A stretch of DNA of 64,000 nt from assembly GCA_963668355.1 (NCBI GenBank), contig OY764265.1:2560001-2624000 (forward strand), given 5' to 3'. Shown in pieces: positions 9,644 through 20,376 of this stretch (positions within the stretch are counted from its first letter, which is position 1; each line of letters begins with the position of its first letter). The notes under the pieces were generated by a model. It did not search any database. It saw only the letters and a list, made by a program, of their open reading frames with translations, and had not been told where the DNA came from. Source of the stretch: Bdellovibrionota bacterium. GTDB lineage: Bacteria > Bdellovibrionota_G > JALEGL01 > DATDPG01. The translations under genes were made by a program, and so were the position numbers.

Positions 9644-11047
9644 TTATAGCTGGTCGAACGGAACGATTTTTACGTCTTTGGCGTTCAATTTCTCTTTAAT
9701 GTCCGCTTGGAGGTCTTTAGCTGTACAGACCACCACAATATCCACATTTTTTGTGTTTAAGTGCTTCTGTGCGGCTTCCCGAGCCATTTTGGGGGTGACG
9801 GCTGATACACGTTCCAGATAGGTCTCAATATGGTCGTCCGGTAGGCCTACGTAGTGATTATGGATTTTGCTCATAACCACGCTTTTGGGGGTGTCAATTT
9901 TGAAAGGAAATGAGCCGGTCAAATACTGTTTGGCAAAATCAATATCTGAATCTTTGAGGAGGTCTCCGGTCAAAGCCTGGTCCAAAAGGTCTAGGCTTAG
10001 AGCCAAGGCCGGAATCGTATCTTTGGTCGCAGGAAACGTATACATAGAGAACGTTCCACCATCTCTTCGAATATCCAAGCCCGCAACCGCTCCGTATGAC
10101 CAACCCCGCTTGACGCGAATCTCTTGCATGTATTTGGCCTGAAAAAGACCGCCTCCAAACGCGGTAAGAAAGACGGTAAGCGCCGTGCGATCCGGGTTCG
10201 AAACCGAAATCGCAGGATGACCAATATAAAACTGGGTTTGGGTTCGATTGGGTTTGTCGACCAGGATGACATGTCTTCCCGGTTCAATTTTTGAGTCAAA
10301 TGGAATGACTTTTGGGGAAGAGTCTCCCTCTGGAATAATGTCATGGAGGGTTTTGGAGACATTCTTTAAAAACGTTTCATTGACTTCTCCGGCTGCCCCA
10401 AGAACCATTCCCCCTCGGTGGATATGAGCTCGATAAAAATCGAGTAAATCCTGGCGCGAAATCTTCTTCAAAGATTCTTCGTCACCAATCCCATCGTCTC
10501 CGTAAGGGTGCCCGTTATATACTTCTTTTTGAAAATGAAGTTTGGCCAAACGTTTGTCATCTTCAAATCGCAATTTTAGAGCCGCAAGGGTTTCTTTTTG
10601 AAGTTTCTGGATTTCGTCTTCTGGAAAGGTTGTGTTCTGGAGAATGTCTTTCAAAAGGTTGAAAAAAGGTTCGAAGTGTTGATTTAGTACCTCTCCACGA
10701 ATGGTAGAGGAGTGGTATCCAGAGTCCACCCGAAGAACAGCCCCGAGTCGATCCAATTCATCCTCAATTTCATGCCGATTTCGGGTTTTGGTTCCCCGAA
10801 GGAGCATGCTCGAAAAAAATTGGGTGAGGCCCTCCTTTCCTTTTGGATCGTTGTAGGCCCCAAAGGGAAAGCCGATCATAATAGACGTCAAAGGCGTGTC
10901 ATGGCTCTCCACCATGATGGTGGGAAGTCCTTCCACGGTCTTCCATTGTGGTAAGTCAATTTTTGTAGATGAATGTGTCACGCAATACCCCGATTCGAAA
11001 AAAAGTGCTGAAAAAAATAAAACGCTTAAAGCCAAAAAGCGTTTCAT
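9644..11047 (-). CDS. M16 (pitrilysin) family protein, non-catalytic subunit
   Basis: Signal peptide; M16 fold (DPKGKEGLTQFFSSML lacks HxxEH); RVKRGWSYG; translationally coupled to the active partner. Confidence 0.88.
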   Translation of the reverse strand: MKRFLALSVLFFSALFFESGYCVTHSSTKIDLPQWKTVEGLPTIMVESHDTPLTSIMIGFPFGAYNDPKGKEGLTQFFSSMLLRGTKTRNRHEIEDELDRLGAVLRVDSGYHSSTIRGEVLNQHFEPFFNLLKDILQNTTFPEDEIQKLQKETLAALKLRFEDDKRLAKLHFQKEVYNGHPYGDDGIGDEESLKKISRQDLLDFYRAHIHRGGMVLGAAGEVNETFLKNVSKTLHDIIPEGDSSPKVIPFDSKIEPGRHVILVDKPNRTQTQFYIGHPAISVSNPDRTALTVFLTAFGGGLFQAKYMQEIRVKRGWSYGAVAGLDIRRDGGTFSMYTFPATKDTIPALALSLDLLDQALTGDLLKDSDIDFAKQYLTGSFPFKIDTPKSVVMSKIHNHYVGLPDDHIETYLERVSAVTPKMAREAAQKHLNTKNVDIVVVCTAKDLQADIKEKLNAKDVKIVPFDQL

Positions 11048-12441
11048 GAGGGATTTCCTTTTTGAGGAACGCCCGTGACCACGGTGCGGTTATCCTTCGA
11101 GAAATAGATTCTGGCAACCCGACGAATGTCTGATGCTGTCACCTTTTTCAATTCGGGGATGGCTTCAAAGAGTTGTCGATAATCCCCTGACAGCGTTTCA
11201 TAGTATCCAAGGCTACGAGCTTTGGATCCGACCGTCGTAAAATGCCTCCAAAATGAACTTTCAATTCGGGTTTTTACCTTATCAAGCTCGTCTTCTGGGA
11301 CATCTTCTTGGATCAAGCGATCCAGTTCTTCGTAAAGAGCTTTTTCGGCTTTTTTTGCGCTTTCGTTGGGTCGCATGGAGATGTCCACGACATACAATCC
11401 GGGGCTCTTCAATTCATTGACCCAACCACTCGCTTGTGACGCGATCTGTTCGTTGGTAATTAACCGCCGATAAAGTCGAGAACTCATTCCGTCAAAAAGG
11501 ACCGAGCTGAGGACTTCCAGAGCAGGGAAGTCTTTGTGGTGGGCATTGGGAAGGTGATAGCCGACCAAAAGTTTTTCGGCCGGAATGGGTTTCTCCAGAA
11601 CCACTCTTTTCTCCGCTTTTTGAGGGGGCTCAACCGGCAGGTTTTCAGGTGGGATATCGGAGGCTGGAATTTTCCCGTAGGCGTCGTTGATTAGCTTCAA
11701 AGTTTCGATCGGTTGGATGTCCCCGACGACAACAATGGTTGCGTTATTTGGCGAGTAGTAGGTTTTGTAAAATTCCCGACATTCTTCAATTGTAATGGCT
11801 TTGATGTCTTCCATCCAACCAATCACCGGCCATCGATGTGGATGAACCGTATATGCTGTTTTGTAAAGTGTTTCGTACATGGACCCTTGAGGCGAGTTAT
11901 CCACTCGAAACCGTCTTTCGTTGATGACAACCTCTCGCTCCGAGTTTACCTGAGCCTCATTGATGATCATGTTTTGCATACGATCTGACTCAAGTTCGAC
12001 AACTTTGTCCAATGCGTTGGATGGAACATTGGCTCGATAAAACGTCCAATCAATCCAAGTCCCCGCATTGATCTGGCCTCCGACGCCTTCGAGAATGCGG
12101 TCGTATTCCCCTTCTTTATGGTTCTTTGTTTCTTTGAACATCAAATGCTCGAAAAAGTGGGAGATCCCAGTAATTCCTTTTCGTTCGTTTCGTGAGCCAA
12201 CATTGAACCACGTTTGATAAGCCAGAATGGGTACGGAGTGGTCTTCCATGAGGATGACTTTTAAGCCATTGGATAAGCGGTATTTGGTGACTTTTAAGTG
12301 TTTGCCGAAAAGTGTGTGATCAATCTCAAAAACCTTCGATTCAGGGGTAGAAATGTTTTCCAATGTTTTTGCCCTCCAACGGTTGCTGCTGCATCCGGAT
12401 ATCGCAACGACAAGACCTACAATGAGTGATAATCGAAACAT
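11044..12441 (-). CDS. M16 zinc peptidase, catalytic subunit (lipoprotein)
   Basis: GISHFFEHLMF (HxxEH), EREVVINERR; lipobox ISGC after ATG 12441. Confidence 0.92.
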   Translation of the reverse strand: MFRLSLIVGLVVAISGCSSNRWRAKTLENISTPESKVFEIDHTLFGKHLKVTKYRLSNGLKVILMEDHSVPILAYQTWFNVGSRNERKGITGISHFFEHLMFKETKNHKEGEYDRILEGVGGQINAGTWIDWTFYRANVPSNALDKVVELESDRMQNMIINEAQVNSEREVVINERRFRVDNSPQGSMYETLYKTAYTVHPHRWPVIGWMEDIKAITIEECREFYKTYYSPNNATIVVVGDIQPIETLKLINDAYGKIPASDIPPENLPVEPPQKAEKRVVLEKPIPAEKLLVGYHLPNAHHKDFPALEVLSSVLFDGMSSRLYRRLITNEQIASQASGWVNELKSPGLYVVDISMRPNESAKKAEKALYEELDRLIQEDVPEDELDKVKTRIESSFWRHFTTVGSKARSLGYYETLSGDYRQLFEAIPELKKVTASDIRRVARIYFSKDNRTVVTGVPQKGNPS

Positions 12442-12483
12442 AGACCCAGACTGTAGCAAGGGGGGCGAAAACCACAAGCCCCA

Positions 12484-13020
12484 TCATTTTCGGGGCTTTT
12501 GGAAGACAAATGAGTCCAAGATCTCATTAAACATGGGTTGGATTTTGGTGTCGTTTCGAGCAGAGTTGGAAAACGTGAGGATGAATTGCAGGCCATTGTG
12601 GATCATCAAGATCGTTCGAATGCGACGTTCGCCTTCAGAGCCAAAATATTTTCCGCGTATTTCCCGCGCCTGAACCGAACCGAATTGAAGGGGGGCTCTG
12701 GAAAGAACCGAATAGTCTTTAAGAAGTGCTTTCAATTGTTTTTCGGATAGAGCCACAAGGGTTTGAAGTGAAATTTGAGGGTTCTTCAATTCTTCAACCA
12801 GCACATTGGCGGTTGAGCGAAAAAGTTCATTTTGATCTGGGGCCCGAAACAAGACCTCAGATCCAAAAGGAGTGTTTTCAATTTTTTCCCAGGAAGCAGG
12901 ATATTCGATTTGAAACCGATACGTCGGATGTTCATACGTTTTCCAGGCTCCTGGAAACCATCGGGCATCACATCCAATTAACGTCGTCAGCAGGAGAGCA
13001 ATGTAGCCAGCACGAATCAA
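12484..13020 (-). CDS. PsbP/DcrB-like lipoprotein
   Basis: TTG start overlaps the ompA stop; lipobox LIGC; WKTYEHPTYRFQIEYPASW; ends FNEILDSFVF. Confidence 0.7.
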   Translation of the reverse strand: MIRAGYIALLLTTLIGCDARWFPGAWKTYEHPTYRFQIEYPASWEKIENTPFGSEVLFRAPDQNELFRSTANVLVEELKNPQISLQTLVALSEKQLKALLKDYSVLSRAPLQFGSVQAREIRGKYFGSEGERRIRTILMIHNGLQFILTFSNSARNDTKIQPMFNEILDSFVFQKPRK

Positions 13021-14324
13021 GGGGAGGGGTCTTTCTTCTCTTGTTGCACCCAAAGTTCAATTCTTCGGTTCTTCTTTCGCCCCTCAGCTGTTTTATTATC
13101 TGCGATGGGCTTTTCTTCACCAAACCCGATGGTGGAAAGTCGATCTGCGTCGATTCCCCCATCGATCAAGAAGCGTTGAACTGCCTCCGCTCGTTTTTGA
13201 GATAGATTTCGATTGAATGCTTTATTTCCGGTGTTGTCGGTATGGCCTTCAATTCGAATGCGAAGTTCTGGATATTTCTTTAAAATGGAGATGGCTTTTT
13301 CCAGGGACGGCTCGGATTCTTTTAAAATGCGAGCTTTTCCGGAGGCAAAGTAGACACCTGAAAACGTTCCTTTGAAGGTTTCCACTTCGACATCTGGGCA
13401 CCCATCCTCATCACGAAAGCCGTTCTTGGTTTCTGGTTCCTTGGGGCACTGGTCATCTTTGTCCAGAACGCCATCTTTGTCTTGATCCACCACAGGCATT
13501 TCATCCGGGCAACCGTCGGCGTCCTCAAACCCATTGATATTTTCAGCTTTCTCAGGACATTGATCCACATTATCCGCGATTCCGTCTTTATCCGCGTCAG
13601 GCGGAGTGTCAGGACAACCGTCATTGTCCTTGTAGAAATTGAAACTTTCGGGAGCCTCCGGACATTGATCTACGTGATCATAGATCCCATCGGCGTCTTG
13701 ATCTTTGGGCGTGGGTTGTTCGAATTGGGCGTAGTACGTGAGGTTTAGGGTTCCAAAAAAACTGGTTTGAGTCGTGTCAAATGTGGTCATTGCACGAAAA
13801 TCGGGTCGAAGGGCCAAATTCTTGAAAATGAAAAACTTCATTCCCAAGCCATAATTGATCCCGAAATGATGGTTTCGTGTCGGAGGCGAATCCCAGTCGT
13901 AGGTGGCCCCCCCAATGCCCAAAACGCCGTAGGGCACATATTTTTCTTTCCAGGGTATTTGGAAAATTCCATCCAGAAAATACGTGAAAAGATTTTGATC
14001 CGAGTAGAGGACCCCTCTAGAAACCTGTGTAGGCGAGAAACTTCCAGAGGCTTCCAGCTCAAAGTAGGGTGTCAGGCAATAGCCCAGGCGAATTCCCATG
14101 TCCCAGATTTCCGAGGTCTTATCTGATGCGCTAAACAGATACTGATCTCGACCATGGAAATAGGCGCCTCCAAACAATGTAAAGGTCATGGCACCGGGCT
14201 TGGGACCGAATTTATCCACCGCATTCCCAAACAGGGTTTGATCGGTGTCCGCCAAAGTAGGTGCAGGCAGAGAAAGGAAAAACACGAATAAAGCGAAAAA
14301 TAATGATGAAATCTTCATAATCAT
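13017..14324 (-). CDS. OmpA-family protein: beta-barrel, thrombospondin type-3 repeats and OmpA_C peptidoglycan-binding domain
   Basis: Repeated DxDxDGxxDxxDQCP; IEGHTDNTG...NRNLSQKRAEAV...NRRIE; ATG 14324 with an AAGGGG RBS. Confidence 0.92.
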   Translation of the reverse strand: MIMKISSLFFALFVFFLSLPAPTLADTDQTLFGNAVDKFGPKPGAMTFTLFGGAYFHGRDQYLFSASDKTSEIWDMGIRLGYCLTPYFELEASGSFSPTQVSRGVLYSDQNLFTYFLDGIFQIPWKEKYVPYGVLGIGGATYDWDSPPTRNHHFGINYGLGMKFFIFKNLALRPDFRAMTTFDTTQTSFFGTLNLTYYAQFEQPTPKDQDADGIYDHVDQCPEAPESFNFYKDNDGCPDTPPDADKDGIADNVDQCPEKAENINGFEDADGCPDEMPVVDQDKDGVLDKDDQCPKEPETKNGFRDEDGCPDVEVETFKGTFSGVYFASGKARILKESEPSLEKAISILKKYPELRIRIEGHTDNTGNKAFNRNLSQKRAEAVQRFLIDGGIDADRLSTIGFGEEKPIADNKTAEGRKKNRRIELWVQQEKKDPSP

Positions 14325-14411
14325 ATACCCCTTGACTTCACGCAGCACTTTAGTTTCCCTAAGGCTTACTCGTCCAGAAAAAAGGGGAATATTCGCTGAA
14401 AAGAGGATTTC

Positions 14412-15566
14412 ATGTTGACACGGACACAACTGGAAGAATTTGAAAAACAAAGGCTGGCCCCATATGCGGCACGCGCAGAATTGTCGAAGGGACGAAAATT
14501 AGAGGAAGAGCAGGCGGGATTTCGCACTGAATTTCAGAGGGATCGAGATCGCATCGTTCATTCCAGCGCTTTCCGTCGATTGGAATACAAGACCCAAGTA
14601 TTTGTAAATCATGAAGGGGATCATTATCGAACGCGTCTGACCCACTCTCTGGAGGTGTCCCAGATCGCCCGGACCGTGGCGCGGACCTTGGGGCTTAATG
14701 AGGATTTAACCGAAGCCTTGGTTTTGTCGCACGATTTGGGGCATACGCCGTTTGGCCATGCGGGTGAACGTGTGATGTCGGAATTAATGAAGGAGCATGG
14801 CGGGTTCGAGCACAATAAACAGAGTCTTCGAATTGTGGATGAGTTGGAACAACGATACCCCAACTTTTCGGGGTTGAATTTAACGTTTGAAGTTCGGGAA
14901 GGCATTGTCAAACATTCCGGAAGTTGGAAACCCGAGAATGTTCCGCAAGAACTCATTCCTAACGAGAAACCCTATTTGGAGGCTCAGTTAATCGATGTCG
15001 TGGATGAGATTGCCTATAACAATCACGACGTGGATGATGGTATCGCTTCCAGAATGCTTAGCTTTGAAGAAATGGAAGCCTGTGAATTGTGGCGAAACTC
15101 GTTGAAGGAAATGAAAGAAAAGTTTCCAGGCAAAAATACGGCTCAACTGAAATATGCGACCATTTCCCGAATGATTACCGTTTTGGTTTCCGATTTGATT
15201 GATCAAACTTCCAGGAACCTGAAAAAACATTCCATTGAAACACCCCAAGATGCCAGAACGTGTGATGAACCTTTGATTTCCTTTTCATCTGAAATTGCAA
15301 AACAGAATCAAGAGTTGAAGCGGTTTTTGAAGAAAAATCTCTACTCTCATTTTCGTGTCATTCGCATGGAAGAGAAAGCCAAAAGAATTCTTTCGGATTT
15401 ATTTAAATCTTACATCAATCGATCCGAGCAACTACCGATTGAATTTCAAGAGAAGATTCAAAAGGGAGATAAATATCGGGTCATCTGCGATTATATTGCG
15501 GGGATGACGGATCGCTTTGCCTTGGATGAGTATAAGAAATTGTTTGATCCGCACACCAAGGTATAG
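14412..15566 (+). CDS. dgt: dGTP triphosphohydrolase-like HD protein
   Basis: FQRDRDRIVHS, KTQVF, RTRLTHSLEV, HDLGHTPFGHAGE, DYIAGMTD. Confidence 0.93.
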   Translation: MLTRTQLEEFEKQRLAPYAARAELSKGRKLEEEQAGFRTEFQRDRDRIVHSSAFRRLEYKTQVFVNHEGDHYRTRLTHSLEVSQIARTVARTLGLNEDLTEALVLSHDLGHTPFGHAGERVMSELMKEHGGFEHNKQSLRIVDELEQRYPNFSGLNLTFEVREGIVKHSGSWKPENVPQELIPNEKPYLEAQLIDVVDEIAYNNHDVDDGIASRMLSFEEMEACELWRNSLKEMKEKFPGKNTAQLKYATISRMITVLVSDLIDQTSRNLKKHSIETPQDARTCDEPLISFSSEIAKQNQELKRFLKKNLYSHFRVIRMEEKAKRILSDLFKSYINRSEQLPIEFQEKIQKGDKYRVICDYIAGMTDRFALDEYKKLFDPHTKV

Positions 15567-15583
15567 CCAAAAGCTCTGACCTC

Positions 15584-17296
15584 TTAAGAGAAAAACAGCG
15601 TGGCCGTCGCAATGACAAAGAGAAGGAGAATCCAGGTGACCGTGGCTCCAATGGGATAGTGGAAAGGCTTTTCTGGATGCACCGAAAACCCCATCAAATT
15701 CCATGGACGGTAGGGGGAGGAAATCGCCCGATATATTTTTTGAGAGGTTTGCTCTCCCCAATCTTTTGTGAAAGCTCCCAAGGTTTTTAGGCCTGATACC
15801 GTCAACCGAGTAACGGGTGGAACGGTTTTTCGATAAAACCAGTCGGTATCGACGGTAATCGTATTCTGGCCCCCCAACATTCCACGCATCCACCAGAAGC
15901 TTAAAAATGTACCGGCCAAAAGTAGGTAGGCTCCCAGGACATGATGAAGTGTGTAGGGTTCGTAGTGTACCGGATACGGAAGTCCGGAATACATCCACGT
16001 TGGGTAGACTCCAATGCCAAAGCAAAGAAGCGCCGTAAGGGCCATGGCCAAAATCATATTCCAAGGGACGGGTCTAAGTTGTTTGTAATCTCGTTTTTCT
16101 CCCAAGAAAGTCCAGTAAGGAAGCTTGAGGCCCGTGTGTAGGAAGGTTCCAATACTGGCTAGCCAGAGAAGGGCCTCGGTTCTGAGGAAGTGGCCCTGAT
16201 GGGCGGCATCCACCACCATGGATTTACTCACAAACCCATTGAAAAAGGGAAAGCCTGAAATGGAGAAAGCGCCGATCATATACAGGAAAAAGACCCACTT
16301 CATTTTCGAAGCCAGATTTCCCAACTCAGTGAGTTTACTTTTTCCCGTCGAATATAAAACGGCTCCCGCCCCCATGAATAATAAAGCCTTATAGAGAATG
16401 TGACAGAAGGCGTGAGCAGAGGCCCCATTGAGGGACATCGCGGTGCCCATCCCAACTCCGGCTACCATGTATCCCACCTGGCTGATGATGTGATAACCCA
16501 GAAGACGTCGAATATCGTTTTCCAAAACGGCAAAGACAACTCCGTACAGGGCCATGAAAACCCCTAAACCAATCAGGATTTCCGTTCCAGGGAAGAGACG
16601 AATTAAAATATATACCGCTCCCTTTGTCGTGAAAGCGGTCAAAATCACCGAGCCTCCAGGGGAAGCTTCGGGATAGGCATCGGTCAACCAGGCGTGAAAA
16701 GGAGGAACAGCAGCGTTGATGATCACGCCTAGTAAAATCAAAATCGAAGACAGATCCAAAATTCCCAAGGGACCAAAACTGTGAATGGTCTCGGTTTCCA
16801 GGATTTTCATCAACACGCCTGCAAACAGGAGTCCTCCGCCGGTTACGTGAACGTAGAAGTATCGCCAGCCCGCGGCTTTGGCTGCAGGCGTTCGGTTCTC
16901 CCAAATCAACCAGAAGGAAGCCAGAGACATGAGTTCCCAAAAAACAAAAAAGGATAACCAGTCTCCCGCATAGACCAAGCCTAGCCCTCCCGCGACATGG
17001 AGGATGGCAGCAAGGGACTCACGAACATTTTTCTGGTGAAGGCTGTACAAGACGCCCAAAAAACCGGCAATAGCAAAAATCCAGCCAAAGAACCGGCTTA
17101 AAAAATCTACTTTAAAAATGACAAGTTCATAACCAAACAATGGCAAAAGGGAGGCAGTTCCTGTCGTGGCTTGAAAGGCAGACCAGACGGATATCATCGG
17201 AAAAAGAAGAAGAGAGAGACTTCTTAATTTCCCTTTTGAGAGCGCGACGAATATAGCACCCAAAAGAAGAGGAAAAGCAGGATGAGAAATGAGCAT
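15584..17296 (-). CDS. Mrp Na+/H+ antiporter, NuoL/M/N-like transport subunit (MrpA/D-like, third copy)
   Basis: FFVFWELMS, PPFHAWLTDAYP, FTTKGAVY, RRLLGYHIISQVGYM. Confidence 0.88.
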   Translation of the reverse strand: MLISHPAFPLLLGAIFVALSKGKLRSLSLLLFPMISVWSAFQATTGTASLLPLFGYELVIFKVDFLSRFFGWIFAIAGFLGVLYSLHQKNVRESLAAILHVAGGLGLVYAGDWLSFFVFWELMSLASFWLIWENRTPAAKAAGWRYFYVHVTGGGLLFAGVLMKILETETIHSFGPLGILDLSSILILLGVIINAAVPPFHAWLTDAYPEASPGGSVILTAFTTKGAVYILIRLFPGTEILIGLGVFMALYGVVFAVLENDIRRLLGYHIISQVGYMVAGVGMGTAMSLNGASAHAFCHILYKALLFMGAGAVLYSTGKSKLTELGNLASKMKWVFFLYMIGAFSISGFPFFNGFVSKSMVVDAAHQGHFLRTEALLWLASIGTFLHTGLKLPYWTFLGEKRDYKQLRPVPWNMILAMALTALLCFGIGVYPTWMYSGLPYPVHYEPYTLHHVLGAYLLLAGTFLSFWWMRGMLGGQNTITVDTDWFYRKTVPPVTRLTVSGLKTLGAFTKDWGEQTSQKIYRAISSPYRPWNLMGFSVHPEKPFHYPIGATVTWILLLFVIATATLFFS

Positions 17297-17433
17297 CAGT
17301 CCTTCTCCTTGGAATAGAAGCTTTCAGGACGTTGCAGAAAAACTTTTCCTAACCACTTTGAAACCATGATGATGAGCCAACAACCGATTAAGCCATAAAT
17401 AAATTCGGATCCCCAAAACAGCTCATGAAACAT
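17296..17433 (-). CDS. 45-aa membrane protein of the Mrp operon (absent from the ORF track)
   Basis: Translated by hand: MFHELFWGSEFIYGLIGCWLIIMVSKWLGKVFLQRPESFYSKEKD. GGAGG RBS; fills the gap exactly; its TGA overlaps the next ATG. Confidence 0.8.
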   Translation of the reverse strand: MFHELFWGSEFIYGLIGCWLIIMVSKWLGKVFLQRPESFYSKEKD

Positions 17434-17434
17434 C

Positions 17435-18910
17435 TCAGTATCCTCCAAAAACGTTAAACGCGGTCATTTGCGCTAACTGAAAGAATGAGAAAAAAACATT
17501 TGGAAAGGTTCCAATCAAGAGTGCCATGACTCCAGTGATCGCCAAGGGAATCCAGGTAATTTTCCAACCGTCCGAACGAGGTTTTTCTTCCTCTGGGGAT
17601 TCAAAAAAAGCATCCCTCACGATGGGAAAGAAATAAGCGATGTTGAGCAAGCCACTCAATACCAGAACGACCACAATGAAAACTTGACCGGTTGCGATGG
17701 AACCGAGGGCGATGTTGAGTTTACTTAGAAAACCTGGCAGCAGGGGAATTCCAGCCATTCCAATGGCTCCAAGCGTAAAGGCCATCATCGTTATCGGCAT
17801 TTCTTTTCCCAAACCACGTAGCTCCGGGATCGTATCCTTATGGGTCTTGGCATAAATTGCCCCCGCCGAAAAGAAGAGGGTGATTTTCATGAAGGCATGG
17901 CCGGCAACGTGAAACACAGCCCCTAAAAATGCAAAAGGGGAAAACAACGAAGCGCCAAGAAGGATGTACGAAAGTTGGCTCACAGTGGAGTAGGCCAATC
18001 GACGTTTGAGTTTGGTCTCTCCCATCGCACGAAGAGAGGCTACCAATATCGTAATGATTGCAGCAGACATCAGGATTACGCCGGCACCAGAATGAAAGAG
18101 CAGGTCGGGACCGAAAACGTATCCCGTGACCCGCAAAATTCCGAAAACTCCGGCTTTGACAACCGCCACGGCATGGAGAAGCGCACTCACCGGAGTTGGC
18201 GCGACCATGGCGTCTGGGAGCCATCCGTGAAAGGGCATTAAGCCAGCCTTTACGCCGAAGCCCAGAAGGAAACACAGAAAGAGAAGAATCGCAGATGCAC
18301 CATGTACATGATTGTTTAAGAATCCTCCCGCAACGAAGTCAGCTCCAGGAAGAAGGAAGTGACACCAGAGAATTCCAACCAAAAGAAACTGGCCCGCTGT
18401 TAAGGTGTAGGCGAGATACTTTCGACCAGCTTTTCGGGCTTCTTCATTTCGGTTGTGAACCACCAAGGGATACGTCGCCAGCGTAAGAAGTTCATAGAAA
18501 ATGAAAAAGGTGAATAGGTTTGCTGAGAAGGCGATTCCCATGGTCGCAGCTAAGCAAACAGCAAAACTCGAAAAATATAGTGTTTGATGTTTGTACTTGA
18601 GGGATCGCATATACCCGACGGAGTAAAAAGACGTCGCAATCCACAAACTTGACGCTACGAGAGCAAAGAGCATCCCAAGGGTGTCCACACGAAGGGCTAA
18701 ATCAAAGGAAGGGGCAATCTGTATGAGCGAGCATTCGATGACCTTCCCCTCCGTGATGATCGGAAGCATGGAAAGAACCAATCCAAATTTGATGAATGCA
18801 GCGAGAAAGGTCCAAGTCTCTCTCACATTCGGACGTTTGTTAGAAAGCAAGATCAGAACTGAGGCCAGCAAGGAAACTAGAATCGTCCAAAGGGGGGTAA
18901 GAGAACTCAT
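17435..18910 (-). CDS. mrpD: Mrp antiporter subunit D-like (second copy)
   Basis: FFIFYELLT, KAGLMPFHGWLPDAMVAPTPVSALLHAVAVVKAG, RRLAYSTVSQLSYI. Confidence 0.88.
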   Translation of the reverse strand: MSSLTPLWTILVSLLASVLILLSNKRPNVRETWTFLAAFIKFGLVLSMLPIITEGKVIECSLIQIAPSFDLALRVDTLGMLFALVASSLWIATSFYSVGYMRSLKYKHQTLYFSSFAVCLAATMGIAFSANLFTFFIFYELLTLATYPLVVHNRNEEARKAGRKYLAYTLTAGQFLLVGILWCHFLLPGADFVAGGFLNNHVHGASAILLFLCFLLGFGVKAGLMPFHGWLPDAMVAPTPVSALLHAVAVVKAGVFGILRVTGYVFGPDLLFHSGAGVILMSAAIITILVASLRAMGETKLKRRLAYSTVSQLSYILLGASLFSPFAFLGAVFHVAGHAFMKITLFFSAGAIYAKTHKDTIPELRGLGKEMPITMMAFTLGAIGMAGIPLLPGFLSKLNIALGSIATGQVFIVVVLVLSGLLNIAYFFPIVRDAFFESPEEEKPRSDGWKITWIPLAITGVMALLIGTFPNVFFSFFQLAQMTAFNVFGGY

Positions 18911-20376
18911 GGCGCGAAAACTCCTCCATTGAGCATGGGTTGAAGTCCTTCAAACACCAAGGTCTGATTAAACAGGCCGATGCCAATCAAAAGAAGAGCG
19001 ATGACCAAGATTGGAAAAACCATCGTCCTCGGTAGATGGGCCTCTGTTCGGGGCTGGCGGGTTTCTGAAAAATAAAAAAGTTCAATCAGGCGAAAAAGAT
19101 AAATGGCCGTAAGAAGACTCCCCAATAGCATGATTGCGATGCTTAAATAATTTCCGGCTTCAAAAGCTCCCAAAAGGAGATACCACTTGCTGAAGAAGCC
19201 TGCCATAGGCGGAAGCCCCATCATTGAAAGGGAACAGATGACGAAGGCCGCCGATGTCCATGGAAGATATTTATGGATCCCTTTTAGTTCTTTAAGCTCA
19301 TACGTGCCAAACTTCATTCCAATCCCACCTGCGATGAAAAACAAACTTCCTTTCATGAGGGCGTGAACCAGAACATGAAAAAGGGCACCAATCAAAGCAA
19401 TGGGAGAGTTGAACGCAATGCCAAGAACGATGTATCCGAGTTGGGCCACACTGGAGTAGGCCAACATTCTTCGCAAATCCGTTTGGGCAATGGCCATGGA
19501 TGAACCAATCAATATAGCTCCCCAAGACGCGTATTCCAGAATGGGCCAAAGAATATCCAATCCTTCATGAGCCGGAAAAATGAAGAATAAAATGCGGATC
19601 AGGGCATACCCTCCAACCTTCGTCATCACCGCAGCGATGAAACCCAAAATGGCGGGTGAAGCGTAGGTGTATGTGTCTGGCATCCAACCGTGGAGTGGAA
19701 ATAGGGCGGTTTTAATGGCTAGGCCGGTTACAATCATTCCCAATCCGAGGAGAATGGACCTGGATTCCATTAACGTGGGAAGCATTTGGCTTAAATCGGC
19801 CATGTTGAGGGTTCCTGTGGAGGCGTAGATGTAACCCAGGCCTAATAAGTAGAAAGAGGCGCCAATGGTTCCCACGAGAAGGTATCGGAAAACGGCCAGG
19901 ACAGAATAATTTCCAGAAGAACTTAACAGTCCATATCCGGACAACGCGGAGATTTCTAAAAAGACATAAAAGTTAAACAGGTCTCCGGTGGCCACCATTC
20001 CCAAAAGACCAGCGTTGAGAATTAAAAATAATGCGTAAAAAACCGCGTTGGCTTCAAAAGGTGGGCGATCTCGATAGGCCAAGAGATAAATCGAAGTCAA
20101 AAAGGCCGAAACGTTGATCAATAGGAGAAAGCCGGCCGCCAAAGGATCGATTACGTATTCGATGCCCCACGGCGGAAGCCACCCCCCGAGGTGGTAGTGG
20201 ACGGTTCCCGAACCGAAAAGGACGGAATGAAAGAGAACAACCGTCATCCACAAACCCAAGGTTTGAACTCCTAAAGTCAAAAATTTAGCCAGCTTGACGC
20301 GATCTCCGAAAAGGGGAGTCAAAAAAGCGCCAAAGAAGGGCAAAAGAATGATGAGAACCGGGAAATGAGCGGTCAT
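18907..20376 (-). CDS. mrpD: Mrp antiporter subunit D
   Basis: GGWLPPWGIE, GDLFNFYVFLEI, KTALFPLHGWMPDTY, RRMLAYSSVAQLGYI. Confidence 0.9.
   Translation of the reverse strand: MTAHFPVLIILLPFFGAFLTPLFGDRVKLAKFLTLGVQTLGLWMTVVLFHSVLFGSGTVHYHLGGWLPPWGIEYVIDPLAAGFLLLINVSAFLTSIYLLAYRDRPPFEANAVFYALFLILNAGLLGMVATGDLFNFYVFLEISALSGYGLLSSSGNYSVLAVFRYLLVGTIGASFYLLGLGYIYASTGTLNMADLSQMLPTLMESRSILLGLGMIVTGLAIKTALFPLHGWMPDTYTYASPAILGFIAAVMTKVGGYALIRILFFIFPAHEGLDILWPILEYASWGAILIGSSMAIAQTDLRRMLAYSSVAQLGYIVLGIAFNSPIALIGALFHVLVHALMKGSLFFIAGGIGMKFGTYELKELKGIHKYLPWTSAAFVICSLSMMGLPPMAGFFSKWYLLLGAFEAGNYLSIAIMLLGSLLTAIYLFRLIELFYFSETRQPRTEAHLPRTMVFPILVIALLLIGIGLFNQTLVFEGLQPMLNGGVFAP

Noticed and set aside
9644..11047. 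M16 subunit lacking HxxEH as a pseudogene or novelty
   Set aside because: Active/inactive M16B heterodimer pairs are well known.
13440..13710. Repeats within ompA as a novel element
   Set aside because: These are ordinary thrombospondin type-3 calcium-binding repeats.
14412..15566. Anti-phage dGTPase
   Set aside because: It is a short housekeeping-type dgt in a non-defence neighbourhood.
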